Shown here: positions 30,975 through 41,911 of the stretch, piece after piece | Layout: every line of letters starts with the position of its first letter | Numbering within the stretch: position 1 is the stretch's first letter | Assembly: GCA_963751345.1 (NCBI GenBank) | Contig: CAVVUS010000022.1 | Span: forward strand, 32,001-96,000 | DNA length: 64,000 nucleotides | Direction: 5' to 3' | From: an uncultured Chloroflexia bacterium | GTDB lineage: Bacteria > Chloroflexota > Anaerolineae > B4-G1 > SLSP01 | Made by a program: the position numbers and the translations under genes | Notes under the pieces: generated by a model | What the model saw: the letters and a program-made list of their open reading frames with translations, nothing else | Database searches by the model: none | Told to the model about the DNA's origin: nothing

Positions 30975-33527
30975 ATGATGACAAAAGACACGTTCGTGGT
31001 GATCCCCCACACTCACTGGGAAGGGGCGGTGTTCAAGACCCGCGAGCAGTACCTGGAGATGGGCCTGCCGATCATCCTGCGGGCCCTGCGGCTGTTGCGC
31101 CTCTACCCCAACTACCGCTTCGTGCTCGACCAGGTCTGCCTCGTGCGGCCGTTTCTCGAGCGACACCCGGAGGAGGCCGAGGCGTTCAGGGCCTTCGTCA
31201 GAGAGGGGCGACTGGCCATCGTCGGGGGCCTCGACGTGATGCCCGACGTCAACATGCCCAGCGGCGAGTCGTTCGTGCGCCAGTTGCTCTACGGCAAGGG
31301 CTACTTCCGCAGGGAGCTCGGTGTCGACGTCACCGTCGGCTGGCAGCTGGATGCCTTCGGGCACCACGCCCAGATCCCCCAGTTGATGCGGCTGGCAGGC
31401 TACTCCTCGTTCTGGTCGCAGCGCGGCGTGCCCAACGGCGACCTGCCCTCGGAGTTTCTCTGGGAGGGGCTGGACGGTACGCGCATCCCCTTCTACTGGC
31501 TGCCGGGGTCATATGCCATCGCCTACGGATCGCCTGGCACCATGCCTGCATTCGCGGATTTCATGGAACAGAGATACGCAGCCCTCGATGGACACAGCCT
31601 CGGCGCAGGGCGCGTGGGCCTGGCCGGCGCCGACGTCTGCCTGCCCGAGGAACATATCCCGGATCTGGTGGATCAGTTCAACCGGCGACCCTACAAGCCT
31701 TTCGAGATCCGCATCGGACTGCCTGCCGACTATGAAGCCATGGTCGAGATGCGACCCGAGGAACGACCGGTGGTCAAAGGCGACCTCAACCCCATCTTTC
31801 AGGGGACCTACAGCAGCCGGATCGAATTGAAGCAGTGGACCCGAGACCTGGAACGTCTCCTGATCACGGCGGAGGAGTTGGGCGCCCTGCTCATCTCGCT
31901 AGGCGACACTGTGGACAATGCGTCGCTGTGGCGCGCCTGGGAACCCGTGCTCTTCAACCAGGCGCACGATCTGATGTCGGGCGTGATGACGGACCAAGTG
32001 TGGGAGGATACCTGTCGCGGCTTCGACTTCTCCAGAAAGCTGGCTAACGAGGAACTGGATGCCCGGCTGCGGCGCCTCGTCGCGATGATCGACACGCGCG
32101 GTGAGGGTGTGGCACTCGTCGTCCTCAATACGCTGGGCTGGCAGCGCACCGACGTCGTCTATGCCACGGTCGGCTTCACCGAGGCAACTGCGGACGGCCT
32201 GGACGTGCTTGGGCCGGACGGAAGGACGGTCCCCGTCCAGGTGCTGGAGGCTGAGCGCGCCGACAACGGGGCCCTCATACGCGCAAAGGTGGCCTTTGTC
32301 GCGGAGGATGTGCCGGCCCTGGGGTATGCCGTGTATCGCGTGGTTCCGCGTCCGGGTGTGAGGAACGATCGCCCGGCACGCGGCGACAGCATTCTCGAAA
32401 ACGAGGTCTGCCGCGTGGAGGTCGACCCTGCGGACGGGACCATTCTCAGCCTGGTCGACAGGCGCTCCGGGTGGGATGCGATCGACGGCAGGGCCAATGT
32501 CGTGGCGATGGAGGAGGACCACGGCGACCTATGGGAGCCTTACCGCGGCCTCAACGGTGGTCAAGCCGTCACGATGAAGGAGCGCCATCCCGCGCCGCAG
32601 GGGTCCGCAGCGCTTAGCGGAACCGCCGGCGTCATCACCCACGGGCCGGTGTTCTCTGAGTTCTGCGGTGAGGACGGCAACCTCAGCACGCGGATTCGCC
32701 TCTTCGCCGGCCTGCCGCGGGTTGAGATCCATACCCGACTTCTCAACACCGACAGCCACGTCCGCTACCGGGCCTGCTTCCCGACCTCCATCCGCCACGG
32801 GACGAGCTTTCACGAGATCCCATTCGGCGCCGTGCCCCATCCCGAGGGTGTCGAGTGCCCGGCGCAGAACTGGATTGATCACGGCGACGGCAGCAAGGGA
32901 CTGGCACTGCTCAACCGTGGCCTTCCGGGCAACAACGTCGCCGATGACGTCGTGCTGCTGTCGCTCCTGCGCAGCGCCACCATCGGCGGGTACGGCTATG
33001 GCGGGGGCTACGAGCCGGGGATGGGATCCGACACAGGGCTGGAGCTCGGCAAGCACTTCGCATTCGACTACGCCCTGCTGCCCCACGCCGGTACATGGGC
33101 CGAGGCCGGGATACCCCGTGAAGGGATGGCCTTCAACCACCCCCTCATCGCCGTGACGGCTGCGTCCCGACCCGGTGTACTTCCGCGTCGCTGGGGTTTG
33201 CTGGAGTTGGATAGTCCGGGTATTCTGGTCTCGGCGCTCAAGCCTGGAGAGTCGGGCGACATCGTGCTGCGTCTGGCGGAGGCCGCGGGGCAATCGATCG
33301 AGGGGGTCAGCCTCCGGCTGGCGGTGGATGTGATCTCCGCCGAGGAGGTAAACCTGATGGAGGATCCCGGTCGAGCGCTCGTCCTTAGTGACGGGAGCGT
33401 GCGCCTGGACTTCGGGCCCTTCGAGATCAAGACCATCGTGCTGCGAATGGCCCACGGCGACGGGAGTGGCCCGAGGCTCCCAGATGCAGAGAGGCCGGAC
33501 CACGATTGCGGCGTCACCGGCCCGTGA
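30975..33527 (+). CDS. Glycoside hydrolase family 38 (alpha-mannosidase-like)
   Basis: IPHTHWEG, PSGESFVRQ, WQLDAFGH, EFLWEGLDG, NQAHD, EIPFG, SLLRS, FEIKT. Confidence 0.9.
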   Translation: MMTKDTFVVIPHTHWEGAVFKTREQYLEMGLPIILRALRLLRLYPNYRFVLDQVCLVRPFLERHPEEAEAFRAFVREGRLAIVGGLDVMPDVNMPSGESFVRQLLYGKGYFRRELGVDVTVGWQLDAFGHHAQIPQLMRLAGYSSFWSQRGVPNGDLPSEFLWEGLDGTRIPFYWLPGSYAIAYGSPGTMPAFADFMEQRYAALDGHSLGAGRVGLAGADVCLPEEHIPDLVDQFNRRPYKPFEIRIGLPADYEAMVEMRPEERPVVKGDLNPIFQGTYSSRIELKQWTRDLERLLITAEELGALLISLGDTVDNASLWRAWEPVLFNQAHDLMSGVMTDQVWEDTCRGFDFSRKLANEELDARLRRLVAMIDTRGEGVALVVLNTLGWQRTDVVYATVGFTEATADGLDVLGPDGRTVPVQVLEAERADNGALIRAKVAFVAEDVPALGYAVYRVVPRPGVRNDRPARGDSILENEVCRVEVDPADGTILSLVDRRSGWDAIDGRANVVAMEEDHGDLWEPYRGLNGGQAVTMKERHPAPQGSAALSGTAGVITHGPVFSEFCGEDGNLSTRIRLFAGLPRVEIHTRLLNTDSHVRYRACFPTSIRHGTSFHEIPFGAVPHPEGVECPAQNWIDHGDGSKGLALLNRGLPGNNVADDVVLLSLLRSATIGGYGYGGGYEPGMGSDTGLELGKHFAFDYALLPHAGTWAEAGIPREGMAFNHPLIAVTAASRPGVLPRRWGLLELDSPGILVSALKPGESGDIVLRLAEAAGQSIEGVSLRLAVDVISAEEVNLMEDPGRALVLSDGSVRLDFGPFEIKTIVLRMAHGDGSGPRLPDAERPDHDCGVTGP

Positions 33528-33597
33528 TGGGGCCGAGGACAAGAATCCATGATCTCGGGCAGGCATCGACTATTGCGGCACACCACAGAGGAGCTGA

Positions 33598-36513
33598 GTG
33601 CAGATGACGAACACGAGACAACTAGAGCGAATGGTACACGTGAGCGAGATGTGGCAGAAAGCGGCCTGGATGCGAATCCGCTCCCAGATAAGGTTCGCCG
33701 AGCACCTGGCGGCGACGGATGAAGAGCACGAGGCAGCGTGGCAGACCGTGGTCGGAGACGCCAAGGACGCAGCTGCGGAAGCCCTTGCGTCCGCAGGGGT
33801 CGACTGGCCCGCAGTGGTGAGCCGGATTGAGGCCATCCTGGCCCCGATGACGGAAGCTGCCAAGGCACGCACGCTTTACCTGGCGGGCCACGCGCACATC
33901 GATATGAACTGGATGTGGTCGTGGCCCGAGACGGTATCGGTGACCCTCGACACCTTCCGCACGATGTTCGACCTGCTCGAGGAGTTCCCCGAGTTTCACT
34001 TCTCGCAGAGCCAGGCCAGCGTCTACGCGATCGTCGAGACCTATGCACCGGAACTGATGCCTCGCATCGCCCACTACGTGAGAGAGGGGCGTTGGGAGGT
34101 GACGGCCAGTCACTGGGTGGAAAGCGACAAGAACATCGTATCAGGCGAGGCACTCGCCCGCCACATCCTCTACACCCGCGCCGCGATGGCACGCTTGTTT
34201 GGTCTGAGGCCTGAGGATGTGGCCATCGACTGGTCGCCTGACACCTTCGGTCACGCGGCCACCGTGCCCACCTATCTGCGTCAGGGCGGCGTGCGGTATC
34301 TCTATATGCATCGGCCGGGCATCGAGCAACAACCCGTTCCGGAGGCGTTCTGGTGGGAGGCTCGGGACGGCGCGCGCGTCCTGGTGCGCAACGACCAGAG
34401 ACGCGGTTACGGCGGCACCATCCAGCCCGAAAGCGTCATCGAGGCAATGGAGGCGATGCAGCAATCGGTGGGGCTCGACTTCGCCATGCTGGTGTACGGC
34501 GTGGGCGACCACGGCGGGGGTCCAACGCGGCGCGATCTGCTCGCCGCACGCGAGATGAGCAAGTGGCCAATCTTCCCCACCCTCAAGTTCGCGCCCACGC
34601 AGGCTTTTTTCCGCAAGCTGGAACAGGACGGCGGGGATCTGCCGGTCCTGCGAGGCGAGCTGAACACCGAATTCGCCGGGTGCTACACGACGCAGTCGCT
34701 GATCAAGCGCGCCAATCGCCTCGCCGAAGCGCGCCTCGCCGACACCGAATTTGCGGCGGTCGCTGACCGGCTCGCGACGGGCGCTGCCTACCCCGCCGAG
34801 ACCCTGGCCGAGGATTGGCGCCGGACGCTCTTCTCACACTTCCACGACATCATCCCCGGGTCTGGCGTGCGCGACACGCGCACGTACGCCCACGGCCACT
34901 TCCAGGAGACCGCGGCCAGCACGGCGGTGGTCACAACACGGGCACTGCGGCACGTCGCAGCGACCGTGAACACTGCCGCACTCAGCAGCGCCAGCGATAC
35001 CGGTGCGGCACTTCCGGCGTTGTTCACGTCCAGCGGGCAGGGCTCAGGCGCGGGAATCTATGCCGAGGAGGGGCGCATCAGTGTCGCGGACCGCCACGGG
35101 CTGTCGCCCGTTCGCCCCTTCGTGATCTTCAACTGCGACGGCGGTGGACCGGCACGAGGTGGTGCGATTGACCCTTTGGGACCGCGAGCCGGCCGGCACG
35201 CCGGTCCCGTTTCACAGCAAGGTCTTCGAAGCACGCGACGCCGCCGGCCAGCCGCTGGCAGCACAGGTCGTGGGCCAGAGCGCAGCGTGGGGGCACCAGA
35301 ACCAGACGTTGGCCGTGCCGGTGACCGTGCCCGCCTTGGGCTACACCACAGTCGTGCTCTCTGAGAGCATGGCGCCGCCTGCGGTCGTTCCGGGCGCCTG
35401 GCTCACCCGCCACAAGCACCACTGCGTCTACTCGAGCGTGGAGCGCGATGTGATCGGGCTGGAAAACGATCTGGTCGCTGTTGCCTTTGACAAGCAGACC
35501 GGGCGGATCGTCTCCTACTTCGACAAGGTGGCGAACGCGGAAAGGGTCGACGCCTCGACGGGTGGCATAGGCTTCGAGTTCAGCGTGGAGCGCCCGCATA
35601 CCATGACCGCGTGGGTGATCGAGAACAGCGGGCCAACCGAGTATCCGGCACTCCGGCAGGTCACCGAGGTCGCGGACGGCCCGTACGTTGCCGAACTGAC
35701 GTTGACCTATGGCATACGGGCCTCCACGATCAAGGCACGGTACGCCCTCCACGCGGGTGACGCCGCGTTACACATCGACCTGGAGATCGACTGGTTCGAG
35801 CGCGGCGATGCCGAGACCGGCGTGCCGAACCTGCGCCTGGCTGTGCCCACGGCGCTCGAGGACCCGACAGCGCGGTACGAGATACCTTTCGGGGCCCTAG
35901 ACCGGGCGACGGCCCGTGACCAGGAGGTGCCGGCTCTCCGTTGGGCCTGCCTCTCGGGCGCGTCGAGGACCGGGCCGCGTCCGTGGTTCTCTTCAACGAC
36001 TGCAAGCACGGCCACGCCGTGGATGGGGCGACGCTCCGGCTGAACCTGATCCGTTCGAGCTACGATCCTGATCCCTTGCCTGAGATCGACCGACACCTCG
36101 TGCGGCTGGCGCTTCTCGCGACCGAGGGCGTGCCGACCGATGCGACACTGATGGCTCGCGCTGCAGCACACAACCAGCCGCTGCTGGCTATCGGCACCGA
36201 CGTCCACGACGGACGGCTGCCGGTTTCGCAGAGCCTGCTGACCGTGAGTGGCGCCGATGCGGCGCTCTCCGGCCTCAAGTGGGCGGAGTCGGGCGAGGGA
36301 CTGGTTGTGCGGCTGACCAACTCAAGTGACGAGCCGGCTACCGCTCAAGTGGGATGTGCGGAGATCCTTGGAAGCTTGGAATCGGCGCAGGCGCTCGATC
36401 TGATGGAGCGTCCCCTCGGCGCTGCATCGCCCGCGCGGGCAGGCGCAGTATCGCTCACGGTCCCTGCCCACGGGCTCAGCACCTGGCTGATTCGGGTAAC
36501 CGATAACCCTTGA
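33598..36513 (+). CDS. Glycoside hydrolase family 38 alpha-mannosidase, frameshifts near 35135 and 35960
   Basis: GHAHIDMNWMW, SGEALARH, WSPDTFGH, YGVGDHGGGPT, HFHDIIPG, YEIPFG, LNLIRS, spread over ORFs 33598, 35144 and 35941. Confidence 0.92.
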
Positions 36514-36577
36514 CGGGCCGGATCAGATAGAGCCAATCCCGCAAGATCGGAACGACCTGCTAAGTCGCAGAATGCAG

Positions 36578-36611
36578 ACCGGGGGACAGCGCTGACGCGC
36601 CGTCCCCCGGT
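36578..36611. terminator. Hairpin between the convergent GH38 gene and tRNA (probable terminator)
   Basis: ACCGGGGGAC / GTCCCCCGGT 10-bp perfect IR. Confidence 0.55.
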
Positions 36612-36628
36612 TCAAGTTGTGCGCCGCT

Positions 36629-36705
36629 TGGTACCCCAGAGAGGACTTGAACCTCTAACCTTGTGCTTAGAAGGCACTTGCTCTATCCGATTGAGCTACT
36701 GGGGC
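36629..36705 (-). tRNA. tRNA-Arg (anticodon UCU)
   Basis: Minus strand GCCCCAGTAGCTCAATCGGATAGAGC...anticodon loop CTTCTAA...GGTTCAAGTCC...TGGGGTACCA. 77 nt with encoded CCA. Confidence 0.97.
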
Positions 36706-36718
36706 GAAAAGTGCGCCG

Positions 36719-37174
36719 CTATCTTCCCTTGACAATCGGGCGCAGGCCCAGGCGCACAGTCCGGCCTGCCAACACCCGCAGGACCTGCTCGGGCCGGTGT
36801 CCCACGAGCGGCGCTAGTTTTCGCGACGTTAACGGCTGATTTGCGTTGCTCAAGAAAGCTCGAAAGACGGCCTCGATCAGGGTCGGAGCCTGCAGAACAT
36901 AGCCCGGCTGCTGGCTGCAGTGCGTGGTAATCACGTATTGCAGGCCATCGACGGGGCGCACCTCGCCGGTTTCCCAATCCACCCAATCGATCTCGTCACC
37001 CATGGGCTGCCCTTCAAAGGCTTCCCGGTGCTCCGGGCAGAGATGCGACACTAGCTTGATATTGACGTCCAGCCCCTCGTGCTCCCACCAATCGAAATCA
37101 ATGTGGAAAGGTGTGTCCAGCGTGGGTTTGATGAACTGAGTAAGTGCGGGGTCCGGTGGAAGCGCGACCATCAT
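36719..37174 (-). CDS. Hypothetical protein with possible metal-binding Cys/His and a C-terminal HTH
   Basis: KPTLDTPFHIDFDWW, HLCPEH, HCS, and C-terminal PLTSRKLAPLVG. ATGA overlap with the upstream gene. Confidence 0.75.
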   Translation of the reverse strand: MMVALPPDPALTQFIKPTLDTPFHIDFDWWEHEGLDVNIKLVSHLCPEHREAFEGQPMGDEIDWVDWETGEVRPVDGLQYVITTHCSQQPGYVLQAPTLIEAVFRAFLSNANQPLTSRKLAPLVGHRPEQVLRVLAGRTVRLGLRPIVKGR

Positions 37175-38736
37175 TCCTCCCCTCGATAGGCCCAGTAGTT
37201 GTCACCCAAAGACACGTAACGTGGCGAGGTCACCAGCGCGGCGAGCATCGGCGCCGGGGGCACCCGACGCATCAGGTTCAACACGCTGTACAGTGTCATC
37301 GCGTGCACCGCCCGCTGCAAACTGAGTCCCGCCAGACCGCTGAAAGCGCGCTCCAACAGGGATTCCAACGATGCCCGGTTGAACTGGTCACGCAAGGCAT
37401 CCACAGCCGACGGATCGTCCACTGCAATCGCTGCCAACTCGTCAAACTCGCACGCAGCCGGCACGCGGGTCACTTCAAAAACGAGATTGTCGCCTTCCAC
37501 GGTGACGGTGCGCAGCCACTCACGCCGTTGCGACTTGATCTGCCGCACGCTGACGCGAACGAGCCCGGGTTCCTCGCCCTGGGCCATGTCAACGTACGCC
37601 CCGACAAAGACCTGCTTGCTCTTGTACCACTCCGCCAACCCATAGACGTAGCGACCGCTTCGCACTACCCAGCCGGGGAACTCGCGGCCCGTCTGATCGT
37701 CCACGAACGTGAATCGGATGCGGTCGGTAACCCGCGCCGTCGGGAAGAAGTTCGCGACGTGTGAGGCCAGTGGCAGCGTGCCACTGCGCCAGTGGGGATA
37801 GTTGAGCACGATGGTGACCGGCTCACCGTCTGCCACCGCTACCGGCAGCTCCGACCACTCATCGGCGACCTGCTGCTCAAGCGAGAGCATCACGCTGTCC
37901 AGGACCTGCCGGTTATGAGGGATCGGGATATATTGTAGCTGCCGGGGCGTCTCCAGGACGCCCTTTGGCTCCAGGCTGCGCAGGTGCCACAGGGCATAGC
38001 CCGCCGGCCCCACCTCGTCGAAGCGGTGATCGCGCAGGAGCGTGTACTCCAACGAGAAACGCTGCAAAGGTTCGGAGATCTCATCAGGCAGGTCGATCTC
38101 GTTGAGCAGGTCATCGGTGCGCACCGGGCCGCCGCCCGCCATATCGAGCATCGCCTCGACAATATTGATCTGGCCGGGCGATATGTCGATGAGCAGGGCC
38201 CGCACGAACCACATAGGCCCGATACTCACGAACTGCGCGCTGGTCTCCAACGCCCGCTGCAGCTTGGAACGAATCTCGTCCCCATACGCTGCGTAGATCT
38301 CCTCGGCTGTGACCTCATCGTCGGGCAGATACGTCGCAGTATTGAGCGGATGCGGCTGCGCGAGATCGGCAGCAAACTCACGCTCCCCGTCATCCTCGAT
38401 CTTGAGACTGACCACCGAGAAAGGCTCGTACTCCGGGTTTCGTCCCGGGCGGACGCCCACGACCTCACCCTTGATGTTGCCCAAATGAGCCAGGATCACA
38501 TTGTCGCCGACTTCATAGCTCTCGCCCGGGCGATAGATGCGGCCCTGCGAGAGAGTGTCTTCCAGGAGGCTCGTGACCTGTTCGAACCGGTAACGGGTCA
38601 ACTCAGATGCGAGTTCGTCCAGCGTGTGGGGTCGCTCGCTTTCAACGAGGAAGTTGACGAGGTGCTCAAGGTCCTTTGCCAGAACGGTGAATTGCTCCCA
38701 ATACTGATCGTTGCTCAACGTGCTACTAGTGCTCAT
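37171..38736 (-). CDS. Large hypothetical protein, probably nucleic-acid binding
   Basis: 521-aa intact ORF with its own promoter. Repeated L...RF/Y...G...W motif. Confidence 0.8.
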   Translation of the reverse strand: MSTSSTLSNDQYWEQFTVLAKDLEHLVNFLVESERPHTLDELASELTRYRFEQVTSLLEDTLSQGRIYRPGESYEVGDNVILAHLGNIKGEVVGVRPGRNPEYEPFSVVSLKIEDDGEREFAADLAQPHPLNTATYLPDDEVTAEEIYAAYGDEIRSKLQRALETSAQFVSIGPMWFVRALLIDISPGQINIVEAMLDMAGGGPVRTDDLLNEIDLPDEISEPLQRFSLEYTLLRDHRFDEVGPAGYALWHLRSLEPKGVLETPRQLQYIPIPHNRQVLDSVMLSLEQQVADEWSELPVAVADGEPVTIVLNYPHWRSGTLPLASHVANFFPTARVTDRIRFTFVDDQTGREFPGWVVRSGRYVYGLAEWYKSKQVFVGAYVDMAQGEEPGLVRVSVRQIKSQRREWLRTVTVEGDNLVFEVTRVPAACEFDELAAIAVDDPSAVDALRDQFNRASLESLLERAFSGLAGLSLQRAVHAMTLYSVLNLMRRVPPAPMLAALVTSPRYVSLGDNYWAYRGEE

Positions 38737-38798
38737 AAGCCTCGCAATCTGGACCCGCCAACAATCAATGTAGGCTTGTTTTCATACCACCAGTGGGC

Positions 38799-38847
38799 AT
38801 TATACCAGGACTCAACCCTATTGACAACTGTCACACTCTGTTACACT
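38799..38847. promoter_or_regulatory. Overlapping divergent sigma70 promoters
   Basis: Minus: TTGTCA-N17-TATAAT with TG extension. Plus: TTGACA (38821) and TG-T-TACACT (38842). Palindrome TGACA-AC-TGTCA at 38822-38833. Confidence 0.6.
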
Positions 38848-38899
38848 AAGGCCCCCGGCAAAGCGGGGCAACAGGAATCACGCGGAAAGGAATATCCGT

Positions 38900-39244
38900 A
38901 TGGGAAGTGATGATTGGGATGCAGGGCTCGTGACGGTCTACGTGACGCACGGTATGCTGCGCGCCAACGTGATCAAAGGTTTGTTTGAGAGCGCGGGAAT
39001 TCCGTCGATGTTGACGTATGAGGCGGCGGGTCCTGCCATCGGGCTGACCGTCGACGGCCTGGGGCGGGTCGAGATCAGGGTTCCTGCAAAGTGGGCGCAG
39101 GAGGCACGCGACCTGCTGGAGGCGGAGCCGGTCGATACGGCAGAAAGCGCTGCGGACGAAGACGACGATGGGTTCGATGACGATGAGTTCGACGAGGATG
39201 AGTCTGACGAGGATGCCAACACCTCCCGCCAAGGAGCATCGTGA
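38900..39244 (+). CDS. DUF2007 (GlnB-like) protein with acidic tail
   Basis: [14 protein letters not shown]...VEIRVP...EARDLL pattern and a D/E-rich tail. Confidence 0.75.
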   Translation: MGSDDWDAGLVTVYVTHGMLRANVIKGLFESAGIPSMLTYEAAGPAIGLTVDGLGRVEIRVPAKWAQEARDLLEAEPVDTAESAADEDDDGFDDDEFDEDESDEDANTSRQGAS

Positions 39245-40626
39245 GCGACACGGTCACCGTCATCGGAGGCGGGCTGGCCGGATGTGAGGCAGCGTGGCAG
39301 GCGGCGCGCTCTGGGGCCCGTGTGATCCTCTATGAAATGCGCCCGCACACCACGACGCCGGCACACACCACCGGCGAGTTGGCCGAACTGGTCTGCTCGA
39401 ACTCGCTTGGCTCCAACCTCGTCGGGCGTGCGCCAGGCCTGCTCAAGGAGGAATTGCGGAGGTTGGGATCGCTTGTCATCGACGTAGCCGATGCCACGTG
39501 CCTGCCGGCGGGGAGTGCACTGGCCGTGGATCGGGAGGGCTTTGCCGCCGCGGTAACCGCACGTATCGAGGCCAATCCGGCGATCACGTTGGTGCGGCGG
39601 GAAATCACAGACGTGCCAAATCCTGCCGGCACCGGCCCGGTGATCATCGCCAGCGGCCCCCTCACCTCACCGTCCCTGGCACAGTCGCTTCAAGAGCTGA
39701 TGGGCCGTGAAAACCTTTACTTCTTCGATGCCATTGCCCCCATCGTGGAGGCAGAGAGCATCGATATGTCGATCGCATTCCGCGCCTCACGGTACGACAG
39801 AGGCGAGTCGGAGGATGGGGACTACATCAACTGCCCCATGACCGAAGCGGAGTATGACGCGTTCTATGAAGCCCTCGTGGGCGCCGAGCGCATCCCACTG
39901 CCGGAGTTTGACACAGCCTCGCCGGGGCCGTCGTCTGAAGCCGAGACCGCCGATCATTGCTTCTTCGAGGGGTGTCTTCCGGTGGAGGTCCTGGCAGCCC
40001 GCGGAAAACGGGCCCTCGCTTTCGGACCGCTGCGCCCGGTGGGGCTCAGCGACCCGCGCACCGGCGGGCGCCCCTATGCCGTCGTGCAGTTGCGCCAGGA
40101 CGACGCGGCGGGCACCCTCTACAATCTCGTGGGGTTCCAGACGAACCTGAGATACGGCGAGCAGGACCGGGTTCTGCGGATGATCCCGGGATTGGGCGGG
40201 GCAGAGTTCGTGCGTTATGGCTCGATGCACCGGAACACGTACGTCAACGCACCGACGCTTCTCCAACCGACGCTCCAGCTTCGGCCCCGCCACGACCTGC
40301 CGAATGCCGAGCACTTGCTGCTGGCGGGCCAGGTCGCGGGCCTGGAGGGCTATGCGGGCAACGTCGCCGGAGGATGGCTCGCAGGTATCAACGCGGCCCG
40401 GTTGCTGACCGGCCTTCCTCCGGTGACGATGCCCGAGGAAACGATGATCGGTGCCCTGATGCACTACATCACGCACGCAGCGCCCAAGGGCTTCCAGCCG
40501 ATGAAGGCCAACTTCGGGCTGATGCCCCCGCTTGAGACGCGCGTGCGGGGCAAGCGCGCTCGGGGCGAGGCACACTCAGAACGCGCGCTCGCCGCGCTGG
40601 CCGACGTGGCTGGAGACCCATCCTGA
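39241..40626 (+). CDS. trmFO: Folate/FAD-dependent tRNA (uracil-54) methyltransferase
   Basis: [63 protein letters not shown]. Confidence 0.96.
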   Translation: MSDTVTVIGGGLAGCEAAWQAARSGARVILYEMRPHTTTPAHTTGELAELVCSNSLGSNLVGRAPGLLKEELRRLGSLVIDVADATCLPAGSALAVDREGFAAAVTARIEANPAITLVRREITDVPNPAGTGPVIIASGPLTSPSLAQSLQELMGRENLYFFDAIAPIVEAESIDMSIAFRASRYDRGESEDGDYINCPMTEAEYDAFYEALVGAERIPLPEFDTASPGPSSEAETADHCFFEGCLPVEVLAARGKRALAFGPLRPVGLSDPRTGGRPYAVVQLRQDDAAGTLYNLVGFQTNLRYGEQDRVLRMIPGLGGAEFVRYGSMHRNTYVNAPTLLQPTLQLRPRHDLPNAEHLLLAGQVAGLEGYAGNVAGGWLAGINAARLLTGLPPVTMPEETMIGALMHYITHAAPKGFQPMKANFGLMPPLETRVRGKRARGEAHSERALAALADVAGDPS

Positions 40627-40667
40627 ACTGAGCGCCTGACCCGCTCCCCCGGTGAGTCCGCAATCGC

Positions 40668-41891
40668 TTACGAGTTAGGCCGCACCCCCAGCACGACGGG
40701 CACGACCGACGTCTCACCGTCGCGCCAGTACGTCACCTGCACGGTATCTCCCGGCTGCTTGTAGGTCTCCAGGTAGGCAATCAGATCCTTCGCCGTCGTC
40801 ATCGGCGCGTCGTCGAGGGCGGTGATCACGTCTCCCCCCACAGGGATCTGCCCGTAACGCGTGCTGATCTGCTGCTGTGCACCCCGCAGTCCCGCTTGGG
40901 CTGCCCCCGAGTCGGGGTCGACCGTGATCAGCAGCAGCCCCTGATCGGGTACGTCATAGCCCTGATCGTGGAGAAGCTGAACGAGCTGCGGCGTCAGCAA
41001 GGCGTCACCCACTCCCATCCAAGGGTGCTGGTACGAGCCGGTCGAGATCAACTGCGGCACCACGCGCTTGACCAACCGGGCCGGGATGGCGAACCCGATG
41101 CCGGCGTTCGCCTGGCTCGGGCTGACGATCTGGGCATTGACGCCGATAACCCGCCCTTCTAGGTCCAGCAGTGGTCCGCCCGAGTTACCTGGGTTGATCG
41201 CGGCATCGGTTTGGATAGCCTCGCCGATATAGCGATTGTCCGGACTCTGGATGATCCGCCCAAGGCTGCTGATCACGCCGAAACTCACCGACTGCTCCAG
41301 GCCAAAGGGGTTGCCGATAGCGACGACGAACTGGCCGATCGTGAGGGCCTCGGAGTCTCCCAGGGTAACGGGGTGCAGCTCGTGCCCCGTTGGGTCAACC
41401 TTAACGATCGCGAGATCGGAGGTGGGATCCTGCCCCACAACATCCGCAACCAGCGTTGTTCCGTCCTTGAAGGTCACGTTGATCGTGTCGGCTCCCTCGA
41501 CCACGTGATAGTTCGTCACAATGTGGCCCTGATCGTCGTAGACGAAGCCGGAACCGGTGCCTTCCTGGGATACAGGATTGTAGAAAAAATCGTAACCAAT
41601 AACGGTGACACCAATATTGACAACCGAATCGCCGGCTGCGGCGTAGACAGCCTCCACCTGCGTCTGCAAGTTCGAAAGCGCATTATCAGGGGGGGCGACG
41701 ACCAGCGGCGCCACCGTCGCGGGCACTGCCGTAGGGGCACCTGTCACGGCAGGTGGCACAGTCGCGACCGGTACAGTCGGCACCGGCTGTTGGCTAACCA
41801 ACGTGGGCACGGATAGACAGCCAAGGGACAACACGACGAGCAGCGCCGCGATCGGCAGCAGGCGTAACCGCAAGTGAGACTGAGTCTTCAT
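40668..41891 (-). CDS. HtrA/DegP-like serine protease with PDZ domain, probable lipoprotein
   Basis: Signal peptide with LSLGC lipobox, TNYHVV, SDLAI, QTDAAINPGNSGGPL, C-terminal PDZ. Confidence 0.93.
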   Translation of the reverse strand: MKTQSHLRLRLLPIAALLVVLSLGCLSVPTLVSQQPVPTVPVATVPPAVTGAPTAVPATVAPLVVAPPDNALSNLQTQVEAVYAAAGDSVVNIGVTVIGYDFFYNPVSQEGTGSGFVYDDQGHIVTNYHVVEGADTINVTFKDGTTLVADVVGQDPTSDLAIVKVDPTGHELHPVTLGDSEALTIGQFVVAIGNPFGLEQSVSFGVISSLGRIIQSPDNRYIGEAIQTDAAINPGNSGGPLLDLEGRVIGVNAQIVSPSQANAGIGFAIPARLVKRVVPQLISTGSYQHPWMGVGDALLTPQLVQLLHDQGYDVPDQGLLLITVDPDSGAAQAGLRGAQQQISTRYGQIPVGGDVITALDDAPMTTAKDLIAYLETYKQPGDTVQVTYWRDGETSVVPVVLGVRPNS

Positions 41892-41911
41892 TCTAGCTCC
41901 TGTAAGGTGGG

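Noticed and set aside
36629-36705. tRNA-Arg as an integration site for an island carrying the GH38 genes
   Set aside because: No integrase and no duplicated tRNA 3' end was seen in the window.
39150-39215. GAY/GAR triplet-rich tract
   Set aside because: Encodes the acidic tail of the DUF2007 protein and is not an independent repeat element.
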